From Bugula neritina (taxonomy: Eukaryota > Animalia > Bryozoa): a stretch of 64,000 bases of DNA. The stretch is from assembly GCA_964035545.1 (NCBI GenBank), contig OZ037765.1:26163504-26227503 (forward strand), read 5' to 3'. The notes below the pieces were generated by a model that made no database searches, was not told the origin of the DNA, and worked only from the letters and a program-made list of their open reading frames with translations. Every line of letters begins with the position of its first letter. Positions within the stretch are counted from its first letter, which is position 1. Below are positions 38,901 through 50,900 of this stretch, piece by piece. Position numbers and translations under genes: made by a program.

Positions 38901-41900
38901 CCGACATTGTAGAATGCAGGCACCATGCTGTACAAGCAGCTATATGGACTGTTGATGAAGAATTCATTCCACCAACAGGCTAATGATGTATTCATAGCCT
39001 CTGCCAGTAAGTTAGATCAGCAAGAAGTGTTGACTCGTCTAGCTGACTGGTGCAAGACCAAGAAGGCAGCGGCCAATGCTGGGGACACCTCTCTTTCTAA
39101 CAGGTATGTGCGTGCGTGCGCGTGTGTGTGTTCTTAGTGTGTCCTTTTGCTGAAGATATCACTTTGTTGTTCCTGTTTCAAAAATTATATATAATTCTCA
39201 ATTTGTTATTGCAGTGCTCCTCCATATCTCACTAAGTAGAATAATAGATTGGCGTGATATGGAGGTAGCACTGTATATTTCAATTTTTACATTAGGTGGA
39301 TTTCCCATTTTACCAAAGTTTTCTTATAATAAAATCAATGTAAATGATTGGACATTTATATGTAGAGCTAAAGCTAAATTAGGCTAGAATTATATAAGGT
39401 TGATACATGTTATATAACATTAGCTTCTTCACTTTTTGCTCAGAACTTTGGTGTTATAGTTGGGTTTTGTGTGCTTCAGGACTCTGGCAGTTAGCTGTTG
39501 CAGTAAAGTGGCCAACAAAGATGAAATGATTGACTTGTTGTACAAAGAATTTTGTGAATATTCATTCAGGTATCATATAACCAGTTCTCCCTTATAGACT
39601 GCTTTTATTAGTATGAATACTTGAGTTTGTTTTTAAAGTCTCTATCCCTGTGAAAATCCTTGTTGACAAGGGGTTTTTATTCTAAAAAGCAAGCTAAAAA
39701 CTTGCAATTATCACCGAATGCCCTCACTGACATCACCAATGACCTTCAAGGGGTTTGAACCCCTGACCTTGTGTTTACTAAACTAGTGTCTAACTAGTAG
39801 ACTGCAACTGCTTCATTCCATTATTATACTGAATTTAATATGAAAGAAATGCTCAAGGGTCTGCTCTCAAACCTCAGCCATTTCTGATACGTTTGCTATC
39901 TGTGAGGTGTATTACTGTTTCCCCACCTTCTCCTGCTGGTAGCCGACATCAACAATACATTGTTTGTTGTAGAGATGTTTATGTAGAAGATTTCAAGGTG
40001 CTGCTGATGGAGATGAAGAACAGGGCAGTGTCGTCAAGTCATCGGGCGTTGTACCACCTCTGTCAGGTTGAAATGAACATTACTCTTGACCGACAGCACG
40101 AGTGAGTCTATTTCCTTTATACCTGTGTCACTGTTAGCATGTGTGTCTCTACTGCACAGAGTAGTTACTAACTCATAGCAGACTAGTTATTCTGTTGTGT
40201 GTACTTCTATTCAGAACAGTAAGTTGTATGTATAGCTGAAGATCTGCTGTACACAAGATTGAGTATGGCTCTAGTATGTTTTGTCACGCCTTTACTTTTC
40301 AGTCTGGTTAAAGAGTCACTAAGTCAAGGTTTCTCTGAGCTAGCAAACAACTCCTCTCCACACTGCAGTGATCTGAAGGCTCAGTTCTACGTGTGGCAAT
40401 ATCTATTGGCATACAAAGATTCTCTAACAATGGTATGTGTGCGGTGCAGTTACACTTGGATTATCATCCTTCGATTAATTTGAAGAAAGTGACATTTTGA
40501 AAATTCAGTTATAATAATTTGAATACTAACCTTTTGAAAAAGTCACATAATAATTCGTCAGCTACTTGACTCCAGTGCTTAATGCTAGTTGAATCTGGTC
40601 TCTATCATCAGACGATGCAATAGAATAAGACGAATTGTATTTGTAGCCTTGTCTCACTGCCGCACTTACCGATGTGAAGTATGAACCACCCGTCACTAAC
40701 TACAAGTCACAGTCTACAATGCAGCAGCCACTTCTCTCCGCCCTCACAGAATGGCATGCTGTAGCAGCAGACAGCAGTCGCAGCCTGTTTGACAAGACAA
40801 GAACAGCCAAGTGCCTCCATGTGGTTGCTAGTGTCTTCTATCTTTCCAAAAGAGTAAGTTAAGTTCAGTATATTGTCTTGACCTCTCATTTAGTACCCAG
40901 TGTTCAATAACCACCACTGTCTATATTGCACACCTTTGAAGTTCAAAATTTTCTCCAATTGACTAGATTAATAAAAGTATGCACATGTATCCAGTATCAT
41001 TTTAATCTCTGCAGCCTATGCTATAGAGTACAGCCATTTGAAGTTAGTATCAAACGGTGGACATTTTGTAGGTGATAATAATAGCATTAATATCTCAACA
41101 TGTGTAGGAATTCAACGACGTTCAAATTTGTATTGACATTACAACACAAGCTTATACAGCAAATTCCCTACATTTCTAAAACTCACTCCATTTTAGTACA
41201 AGAAGCTAATAGAGGTATGTGAGCTGACAAGGCAGCTACTCCCGTCAGCCATGGTTCCTGCTGCCCTGAAAGCTATGCACATCGAAGCTGTCATCTGGAC
41301 GGGAGATTATACTCAGGCATCGACTCTCGTCACCAATATGGCCACTGAGCACTCGTTGACCCATGCCGATAATGTGCTACTGTGCAGGGCTAGGTTGGAC
41401 TACTATACTGGCAAAGTAAGGCTCTCTCATTGCTTACTGGTCTTTAAAAATAATAGCTTGACATTCTAATGTTATGAGAGTGAGTTTTCTCTTTTATTCA
41501 TTGAATTGTAATTTTTCTCATAGTCGAGATCATCTTTTGAAATATATTTTACCATCATTCCTATCTGTTAGCTACTAAGATGCACTGTGGACACTGTTAA
41601 AGCTGTATAGAACGTGTATAAACTCGTATACCCATGAACAGTCAGATATGGGTCAAGTATAAGTTCAAATTAATGCCAACTCAGGTTGAGAATGCAGTCA
41701 AAGTGCTGGAAGAGTTGATAGAGAAGCAGAGCAAGCAGTCTCTGGACAGTGTCTACATCTCCGCTACCTCAGAGTGCCTTCTCATGGAGATACTCATCAC
41801 CTGCACCTCTGTACGCACCAAGAATACTCTCAACCATCACTCCTGGTACTGTCAGCGAGACTACGCCTTCCTCTTCAACTCTATGACATCATATCCTGTG

Positions 41901-44900
41901 AAATCATGTGAGTGTCTTCTATTGTTATGGTGGATTTAAGTGAGTGTGTGTTTAATAGAAACTTATTTTGAATTAGACATGGGATAAAAATTATAGTTTT
42001 ATTCATGAAAATTGTATTCATTTGGTATGTAGTATCTAAAAATTATTTGTTAAATTTTTAACCTTATAAAAATTTATTTTCCTCGAAAGAAAGTTGCAAG
42101 TTGCATGCACACTGTGTCCATTTGTTTTGGCAAACAAATGTAGGCAAGTTGCTTAAACAAGTGTGTAGCTTCAACAGTTACTTTTATTATATTTTTTCGA
42201 CATTAGTTTCTGAGCATAAAATACACACAGCATGCAATACACACTCCATGCTGCCTTTTCTTCCAGATGCTGACAAGCTGAGATACCTTTACACTATACT
42301 AGACTGCTACACTAGTCTCGCTAAAGTCAGTCTGTATAAAGGAGATGTGAGAGACAGTTCTTGCTTCATCGTCGCTTCACTCAACATGGCTAAACTACTG
42401 CTTCTTCCTGTCCAGTATGTATACGTTACGTTACGTACACAGTCTAAGTTTAATACTTTAGATACTGTGACTACTGTATAATATATTTCAACAAGTATAA
42501 TCTTCTCACATGTATGCATACAGAGCAGCTGAGTTGACCACTTATCAGGCAAATCTTAACTGCTTTCTTCACGAGTTTGATAAAGCTGAGACGGACATAT
42601 TCTGGGCACACAGAATTTTATCATCCGAAGTTCAGGTGGCCTCACGGAAAGAGTTACATCAAGAAAGCAACGAATCTGAAGGTATCTTTGAATGTGTTGA
42701 ATATATATGTTTTGGAGTTTTGGAGTTGTGTTATTTTCCTTTCTACTATTTGTAATGTTATTCTAGTTGATGTGAACCACATGTTCACATTCTGTGAACT
42801 GTTATCAAAGCATTAAGATCCGGTCTTCAGTATTCAGACATTTTCCCATGTCATTGTATATAATGTTGGAGAAACTTGTGTTACTTCTTGCAGCAAATCA
42901 AACACCTAAACAAAGGAGAGCCAACAAGCAGCTGGTGAAGGTAAAGCAGGCAGACATGTTTGGATTTGACTCTGACGGAGAAGATGGCGAGTTCTCAATT
43001 AAACAACCTTCGTCTCTCACCAGGTACACCTGACTGCATGATATTAATAGGGCAATGTCTAGTGTTAACTCTTTTAATTTGAGATGCAAAGAAAGTAGAA
43101 ATGCTGTTCGTGTTGCTCTTTGTACTAATCATCTGGGAGTATTTTTGTATCACTGCTAAGACTACTTGATTAGAGCTACAGCTTGACTAGCTGTTTGACT
43201 ATATACTCTGTAATATTCTGGGGCTAAAGATTACTGGCCCTTTGGCCTAGTAGTATTTATCCGTAGGCAAAATATAAGTTAACGATCGCAATTTTTATAA
43301 CCAGTGATGATGAAAGTGACGAATATAAAGTACCATCTTATGGAACTAACTTATCCACAGACCCAACTGGCTCCCCTTCATTCAATTCCGAGAGAGTACC
43401 CCTTAGCTGCTCTAACTGGGCGCCATATAAGCACCCATCTAACTGTACGTGTGAATATTGTGAAGAACTTGTGCTACAAGTTACACATCTGCATATACTC
43501 TGTGCTGTGTCTCACTACAAGTACAAGACAGGTAATTCAGTGGATTATGATGTCTCCCTTTGGATTGTATGGATTTAGAGTAGAAATTACTTTCTGTATT
43601 CAGCTGAATTATTGGGTTTGTAAATTGAAATGTTTATACTTGAGATCTTATCAAGTTTAACAATTTATTATATAACATTCAGGTAATTATGGCAAAGCTC
43701 TCACTTACTCTAAAGATTTCTTGTCGCGCTGCAAGACTGTTGAAAGCCGTTCATCTAGAATGACTGTTGGTGTTCCGCCGTACCTCACTGCCTGGTATGA
43801 GTATATCTTTTACAGTAGTCTGTCTGTTTGTCTTCCTTACATAGCTTTATGTCTGCCAGTCACTGTAAAGTTTATTCTGTCCAACTTGTTAGTTGTTTGT
43901 TTATTAAAATCAGAAATATGTTTTTGTATTATATGTGACCTTTCGTTTGCTAATAGCATCAGTTACTCTGTTATTTTAATTATGCTGATAAAATATTTAT
44001 TTTCTAAAAAACATTTATCAGGGCACAGTTATTTAATGTTGTTTTACTGTTATTGATATACTTTTTTTTTCTAATTTAATGTGTTTATTTGCAATATTAT
44101 ATTTTTAGAATTATTGCTTAACAATTTCTAAATGTAGCTTCACCGAATCCAACCTTATACATATATTTCAAGAGAGTATATGTTTTACAGCAAGCTGTCT
44201 CTCTACTCTTCAATGATTAGATGCATGTTAGCTGAGAGGAGTTATCTGCTCATAAAAGCAGAGTGGAAGACTATTGAACTTCTTCCCACTGTTTGTTGTC
44301 ACTCGATGGCATTAGCATTGCTTGATTACCTGCGACATTTGCCTCAACTTCTACCTTTTTACCAGGTATGGCTATGGATCAGTTACCACCCGTACCTGAT
44401 CATTCAAGGCTAACTAGTAGATCACCTTATTTTGTTTTTCAGTTAATTGCTTTTGCATCTAATTATTATAATATAAAAGTATTAAATACAAAGAGTATTC
44501 GGAGTTGTGTGCACTTTGCATATATTGTAAAGTTTCAGTGTGTTTACAAGATTATGATAGACATGCTGTTTTGACCTAGACTAAGTCGGAAATAGAAAGT
44601 TTGAATGCCAAGTTGGAGTCTCTAAATTTATCAGCTACTCTAGCGGACTCTCCTCTGCAGCCAATCAAAACCAACAAGTCCCAAGTATCGTACTCGTCTT
44701 CAGTGTTCAAAGCACCCAAGAAAAGTCGGTTAGTTGTGTTATTAGCTACAACTAATATGTATAAGTATAGTATAATATATATTCATTTTTTACTCACACT
44801 TTGTCTTCTCTATGTTTTTAATTTTTTCTATATTTTTCCAGTGAATTTCATCGGTTTTGAGGTTTTGATGTTCAACCAGATGATGTTATGTTATGATGTA

Positions 44901-47900
44901 AAAACTGAAGATAAAATGAAATGTATTATTCAGATTTTGTCTAAAACTTCTAGTACTGATATGTACCAAGCCATATACACAGCCTACATGCAGTATATTG
45001 GAAAGGAGACTAGAAATTGTCGTATTTAAAATGTTCTTAGCTGTTCGATGCTCCAGTTTATCTATACGCTGAACCTTATCTACTATTGCAGTAGAGTGGC
45101 AACAAGCAGGATCAGTAAACTAGCATTTGACGACTCTGATACAGAAGAAGTGCCTGCGAAACCCTTGTCCAGCAGGAAGACAGGGCGCAGTTCTGTCAAG
45201 AAGTTGGGCAAAGTAAGGCAGCTATCAATTCATCATACTTTCTGCTTTATTGTCTGGAGATGCTTGAGCTTTCTGGTAGAATTTTAGACACAGTCTAGAA
45301 GTATCTACCAGCAGAGATGATATATTCTCTTCTGTTTAACAGAAAGGTAGTACGGGCACTGGGTGCAACACTCCACTGTTGACTAACTCAGCAAGATCTA
45401 AGGCTACAAAGAGCTCTATCACTGTGTTCTGCGATGAGAATCAAGAAAACATCAGGCAGAGTATATTCACACCTGGAGACAAAGCACTATTTAAAAGGTC
45501 AACCAGATCTCGGTATGTCAATTTTCTGCAATACTAGTGGGAGTATTGTTTGTCTTGTTATAGTTATAGTTTATACTTGGGTGTCATGCAGCTGGTGGTA
45601 TGGAGATATCTGTAGCCTCAGCTTCATAGCTCTAAACTCTTGGGTTTTGGGAGGCATTCATAACCTCAACACCATAACAGTGTTATGTTTATACTCTTTC
45701 TAAGTATATTTTCAATCTCACTTATTCTCTAATAGTTTTTAACACATGGTTCATTTAAGGACATGGCAAGTAGCTCTTGCAGCAGATATACACAATATGT
45801 GTGTGATTCTGGCCCTCATATCAACTGCATACTTCATTGCTCTGCTACTAATTCCTTCGTTCATTCCTCCGCGCTCTCTCTTAGCAGTAAGTGTAACGTC
45901 GACGAGGAAAACTCTAGTGAAATGGTGTTGCCTTCACGGCCTCGAAGGACAAGAGTTTCCCAGAAAGAGTCTGTTCGAGCTAAAAAGACTGAAGGTTAGT
46001 GTACTTTTCCATGTTTGTTGAAAATGTTTTTGTTCATTCTTATTTCTGCTTTAACAAAGACTTTAAATTGCAACAGCTTGTTTATTTTATGGCTGCTTTT
46101 TGTTTGTAGATACTTGATATGTTCAACTTTAGGTATTTTCTCTAACAATAATTGTATGTAGTTTGACTCCCCAGTTCTTCTGCTAGCACAATGCACAGTG
46201 TGCTAGGCTGGTGGATTACATTCCAACAGGTCTAATGGTGAGGTCATAAAGGATATCTTGTCACACTTGGGCCTTAACATTGTTATAACAAAGTCCTTCA
46301 GCCATGTTGCTAGTCTAGTTTGGGGCTTGCTTAACAACCTAAACCATCAGGATTTCATAGAAATTGTGACTATAAACAGAATTAACTGCTATAAACACCA
46401 CAGTGGTGTGTGTTCTGCAGTAATATCTTTGGTTGGTGAACATAATGTCTCTTGATTACAGAAGAAGTGGAATTGCCCGTAATAGAGAGTGCTGCCTGTA
46501 TACCAGAGGATGAGTCAGAGAGTTGCTTGACATCAGCAGACGTTGAGCTCATGAGAGGTATGGAGACTGTCTCTTTTTGTTGTGTTTATACTCTTTCTAA
46601 GTATATTTTCAATCTCCGTTACTCTCTAATAGTTTTCAAACACATGGTTCACTTAAGGATATGGGTCGTGTATTTCTAACAAGAATCTCTTCAGATCTTG
46701 TTCTGATTTGTTTAGGCGATGCAGAAGAAGTTGATAAATCTAGTCAGAGAAGTCGTCTGTGCTCAGTAACTGAGTCTATGCGATCAGCAGCACCTAGTCA
46801 CTACATTTCTCCTCCGGATCTGATTCTGCCCTCTCATGGTGATAATACGAACTCCTCCACAAACAAGGACGGTGAGTGTAATTTGTTCTCCTGTTGGTTT
46901 ATTACTCACCTAGTTAAAAGTAATTTGTGTTTTAGTGAAATCAACTAACCAATTTTATCTCAGCTAGTTTCTAAGGAGCAAATCAACTGCTGATTCATGT
47001 TCTGTAATTTTCATATTTTATTTTGTTTTTTATTACTTTTATTGCCATTCTCTGCTCTTTACCATCTCTGATGATCAGTAGTGTACAGTATAACAGAAGT
47101 TGCGTGTACAATATCTGGCTCCACAGATACCTAATTTCTTCTATTTTTCTTTTAAAATGAAATATATTTTGTTTTTTAGCTGAATGTGAGGATTTAATAT
47201 CGAAGCTCACTGCCATATGGACTGGTATACACACCACCCCTAATCAAGCCTTTTATAGAGATATATGCCAGTCCCTTGCAGTTCTACATTTGAGTAAGGG
47301 TGACATGTGGAGGGCCGCATTCTATCTCACTGAGACTCAGGCTATTACATTTTCTCACAAAGCAAATCTTATTTCTGCTCAAAAGTTGTAGTAAGTGTTT
47401 GAACTTTTATTACTTCTGGCTGGTTGGTAAAAATAGTTGAGTTTCCTGCTTGTGTTTCTATTGGTTGTTGTATTTTTTCATGATCAAACCATTTCTACCC
47501 GAGTGACACTTCTTTAGTTTACATGTGCTCATGAAATTCGGGAACTACAAATAGTTGTGTGACCAAAAGAAATGTATTTAATTTGTTTTCATAATAATTT
47601 TAGTAAATATAATAAAGAAGCGGATCAGAGTAAAGATCTCTCATTATTCCAGCTGCCGCTAAAGAAATCCCTGCAAACCTTCAAAGAGGCTGTTAATTCT
47701 CTGCCAGAAGGTTGTTACAGTTTAAATTTCTCCCTCTTCTCAATTATTTGTCATTCACAAATATACCTCTATGTTTAATATTGATTATTGCATACAATTA
47801 TTTGTTGCCATTATTAATTGCTCTCATCAATGTTGGTTTTGTAGACTGGGTCTCGTGTACTATAGCAGTGGTAACATTGCCTGGTTCCAATCCCCAGCAA

Positions 47901-50900
47901 CTCTACTTTGTCAGGTTACAGGCAAAACAAGAACCTGTCGTCATACAAGCTGTAGGTGTCACCAATGCAGAGGTATGTCTACAAAGCACCTGCTGGTTGT
48001 GTCAGCAGTGGTGTTCTCTTTTTCACCTGCCTTCGTACGTTGATAGGTGATACACAATGTATGCTTATATGTAATGCACAATGTGTGTTTGTAGGTGATT
48101 TGGAATAGTCTTAAAGACCTGCTAAAGTCATCCAAGGATAGCATGGCACTAGCAGATAAAATTATGTGGTGGGAGAAAAGGAGGCAGATTGATGAAAGCT
48201 TAAAGGTTATTTCTAACATTTACATATGTGCTGTATTATGTATGTAGAAGTGCTCCAACTAGTCCTTTGCTACAGCATAAGACGATTGGGGCTGTAAAGC
48301 TTAGCCAATACAATGAGTACTAATGTTGTATTTTGTTAGGAGTTGCTTCAGAGTGTGCAGGCTCAGCTCGGGGTGTCACGGACTGCGCTGCTCGGATGTT
48401 ATACGGACAAAAAGTGTCGGCAGATTGTGGAAAAGCACACCGACAAGTTGATGAAGAAATTTAAGGAGATGAACATCTCTATCTCTCGTAGTTTGCTTTA
48501 TGTGAGTGATGAACTTTTCTGCTACTTCTGTTACGTATTTATGTCTCTATTTTACTGAAGAACATGTTAATTTTTTAGAGAAGTTGTTGGTAAATTATAG
48601 TCTACAAGATTTTATGCATTACTTGCAGATGCTTGTTAATGGTGCTAGCAAGGTGTCATCCACCGAGTTGGAGGCTTTCCTCAAGAGAAAATACAGTTCG
48701 ATGTCAGATGAACTGATTAGCAAGTTTTCAGCTTTAATCATTGCTGGTCAAGATGTGTATATAGATACTAGAAGTCCTGTTGTGATGTGTCTAGATAAGG
48801 TGAGTGGGCAGGGGAACCTGTTGTGTTGTGTCATGTAAAAAGCATGGAATGTGTCAAAAGCTGTCTCAACACAAACAACAAATAAAATAAAATTGCATTC
48901 AACTTCTCTAATTATTTTGTATATTTGCACTACATCGCTTTTTTCTTTGTTGATACAATAATACTAATACATGCAATGAAATATATGAAACATTATCGGC
49001 CAAGGTAAAGAAGTTATTAGAATTGTGAGAATCCTAAGCTGAATTTTTTCGTAAGAAATTCATTCACCTTACCTAAGGTTTTAACATGTTTGCAGGCCTA
49101 TTTTAACTCTTTTAACTCTAGTAATTGCTTTTGCTAAGTAGACTTAAAACATATTGTGCGACTCTGAGCTTGTCATTATATCAGTGGAAAACTGGGGGCG
49201 TTCTCTCCCCTCACCGCCAGTATGCAAAATATTTTTAGTGGGCCCATGGCTTTTGCTGGGAGAGTCTTGAGTGCATATCGTATAGCCCAGTGACAAGAAT
49301 GCCCTCGATATACAGCATGCAGTCTTACCTGAAGGAATTCTCTTCTCGTGGTGATTCCATATTCACCAATGGGGCTTACACTGAAAACACTTACTACATC
49401 CTCAACCCTGACAACAACCTCCCTGCTACGGAGTCTTTATTCAAACCCATTCTTACTTGGTACTGCAATGATATCTACACTACATCTCTTTTACTTACCA
49501 TTTAATAATAATAAACAGTGTGGGTCAGTTATGTGCCCAGGGGACTTCCAGGAACATAAATTAATGTACTTACCATATGGTTACAGGTTATATGAAAATA
49601 GTGGAACACAGTCTACTGAGCTGTTTAAAGTTTGGTTTTAATACTCTATCACCAGACCAGTGTTGCGTAGTAATAAGTTAAACCTTTGTACTTTGATAGT
49701 TAATTTGCATTAAGTTTTGAGAATTGCGATATGGAATTACTGAAATTTGTACTGGAGACTGTAACTAAGTTTGATTATAAACATTTTTTAGCTTTCAAAC
49801 CTATTTTTCAGTCGCGAAACATGGGACGGCATCATTTCAACCCAACCAACTGCTGAGCAATACAAACAAGGTCTTTCTAAACATAGCCTGTTTCTGTAAG
49901 TTATACATACATATTACTGTCCTATGTAGCAATTTATTGGATCAATGCAGCTGTTTTAAATTAATAGTATATGTTGTACAAATGCTTTCTATGAAAAATA
50001 TCGTATTGGATATTTAATTTTTGTTGTAACTGTGTGCCATTCTGGTAGATATCTGGGACATGGCAGTGGCCAGAAATTTCTAAAAGGGAGAGATTTGTGT
50101 CATCTTGATTGCAACACCGTAGTGATGTTGATGGGGTGCAGCAGCGGCGCCTTTGATTCCAGAGGTGATATGGAACCTGCTGGCATCATCCAAGACTACC
50201 ACATAGCCAGCTGGTGAGCACATGTTAATTTAATCAAACGCGTATATGTTTGTAGTGGTATCAGAAAATGTTGAACAATGTTTTAGAGAAATTAAGGATT
50301 TTTATTTAAAAAAGAGATAATAACATAAATATTATTATTACAAACTTATACATATTTTCGTAATGATAATAATTTTGTTTCTGCAAATACACGTAAAGTT
50401 AGAAGATGGATTTTAGCCAATCAATTAGTTTTTGAAGAAAGTTTCGGCTGTGGTGAGTGTGCTTGCCGTGTTGGTTAATCTTGGAGGGGTTGTATGTGAG
50501 TATGGTGACTATACCGGCATTATATGACGGGGCTATGATCTCGGTAAAGTTGTCATGGTCTATGTCACCCACTGCCACCTCACCTAATGTGCCTGGTGAA
50601 GAATCCAGTAAGACAAAGTTGCTGTATGTCCAGTTTGCTGCTGGTAGCGATCGTAGGAGGTATAGCTTACCATTATCATCTCCCGACAGAATTATATCTG
50701 GCCTTGCTGTTTTGTTGCTGCCAATATACCAATATACTTGCAACAATTTTTATTAGCATATTCTTAAGAATTGTCTTTTCTCTGGCGCCATATACGGATA
50801 TTATAGTAGGTGTTATTGACTGATAAATATTGCTTTAGTCGGTAAATTATTGATGCATGGTGCAAATATTTAAATTTCTTTAGAAAATTTCATCACAAAG

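Noticed and set aside
39745-39810. Functional tRNA-Thr gene
   Set aside because: The acceptor and D stems do not pair, so it was treated as a SINE relic.
45585-45682. Two-hairpin segment ending in ACA, a possible H/ACA snoRNA
   Set aside because: No ANANNA H box between the hairpins, and the region is partly explained by the local duplication.
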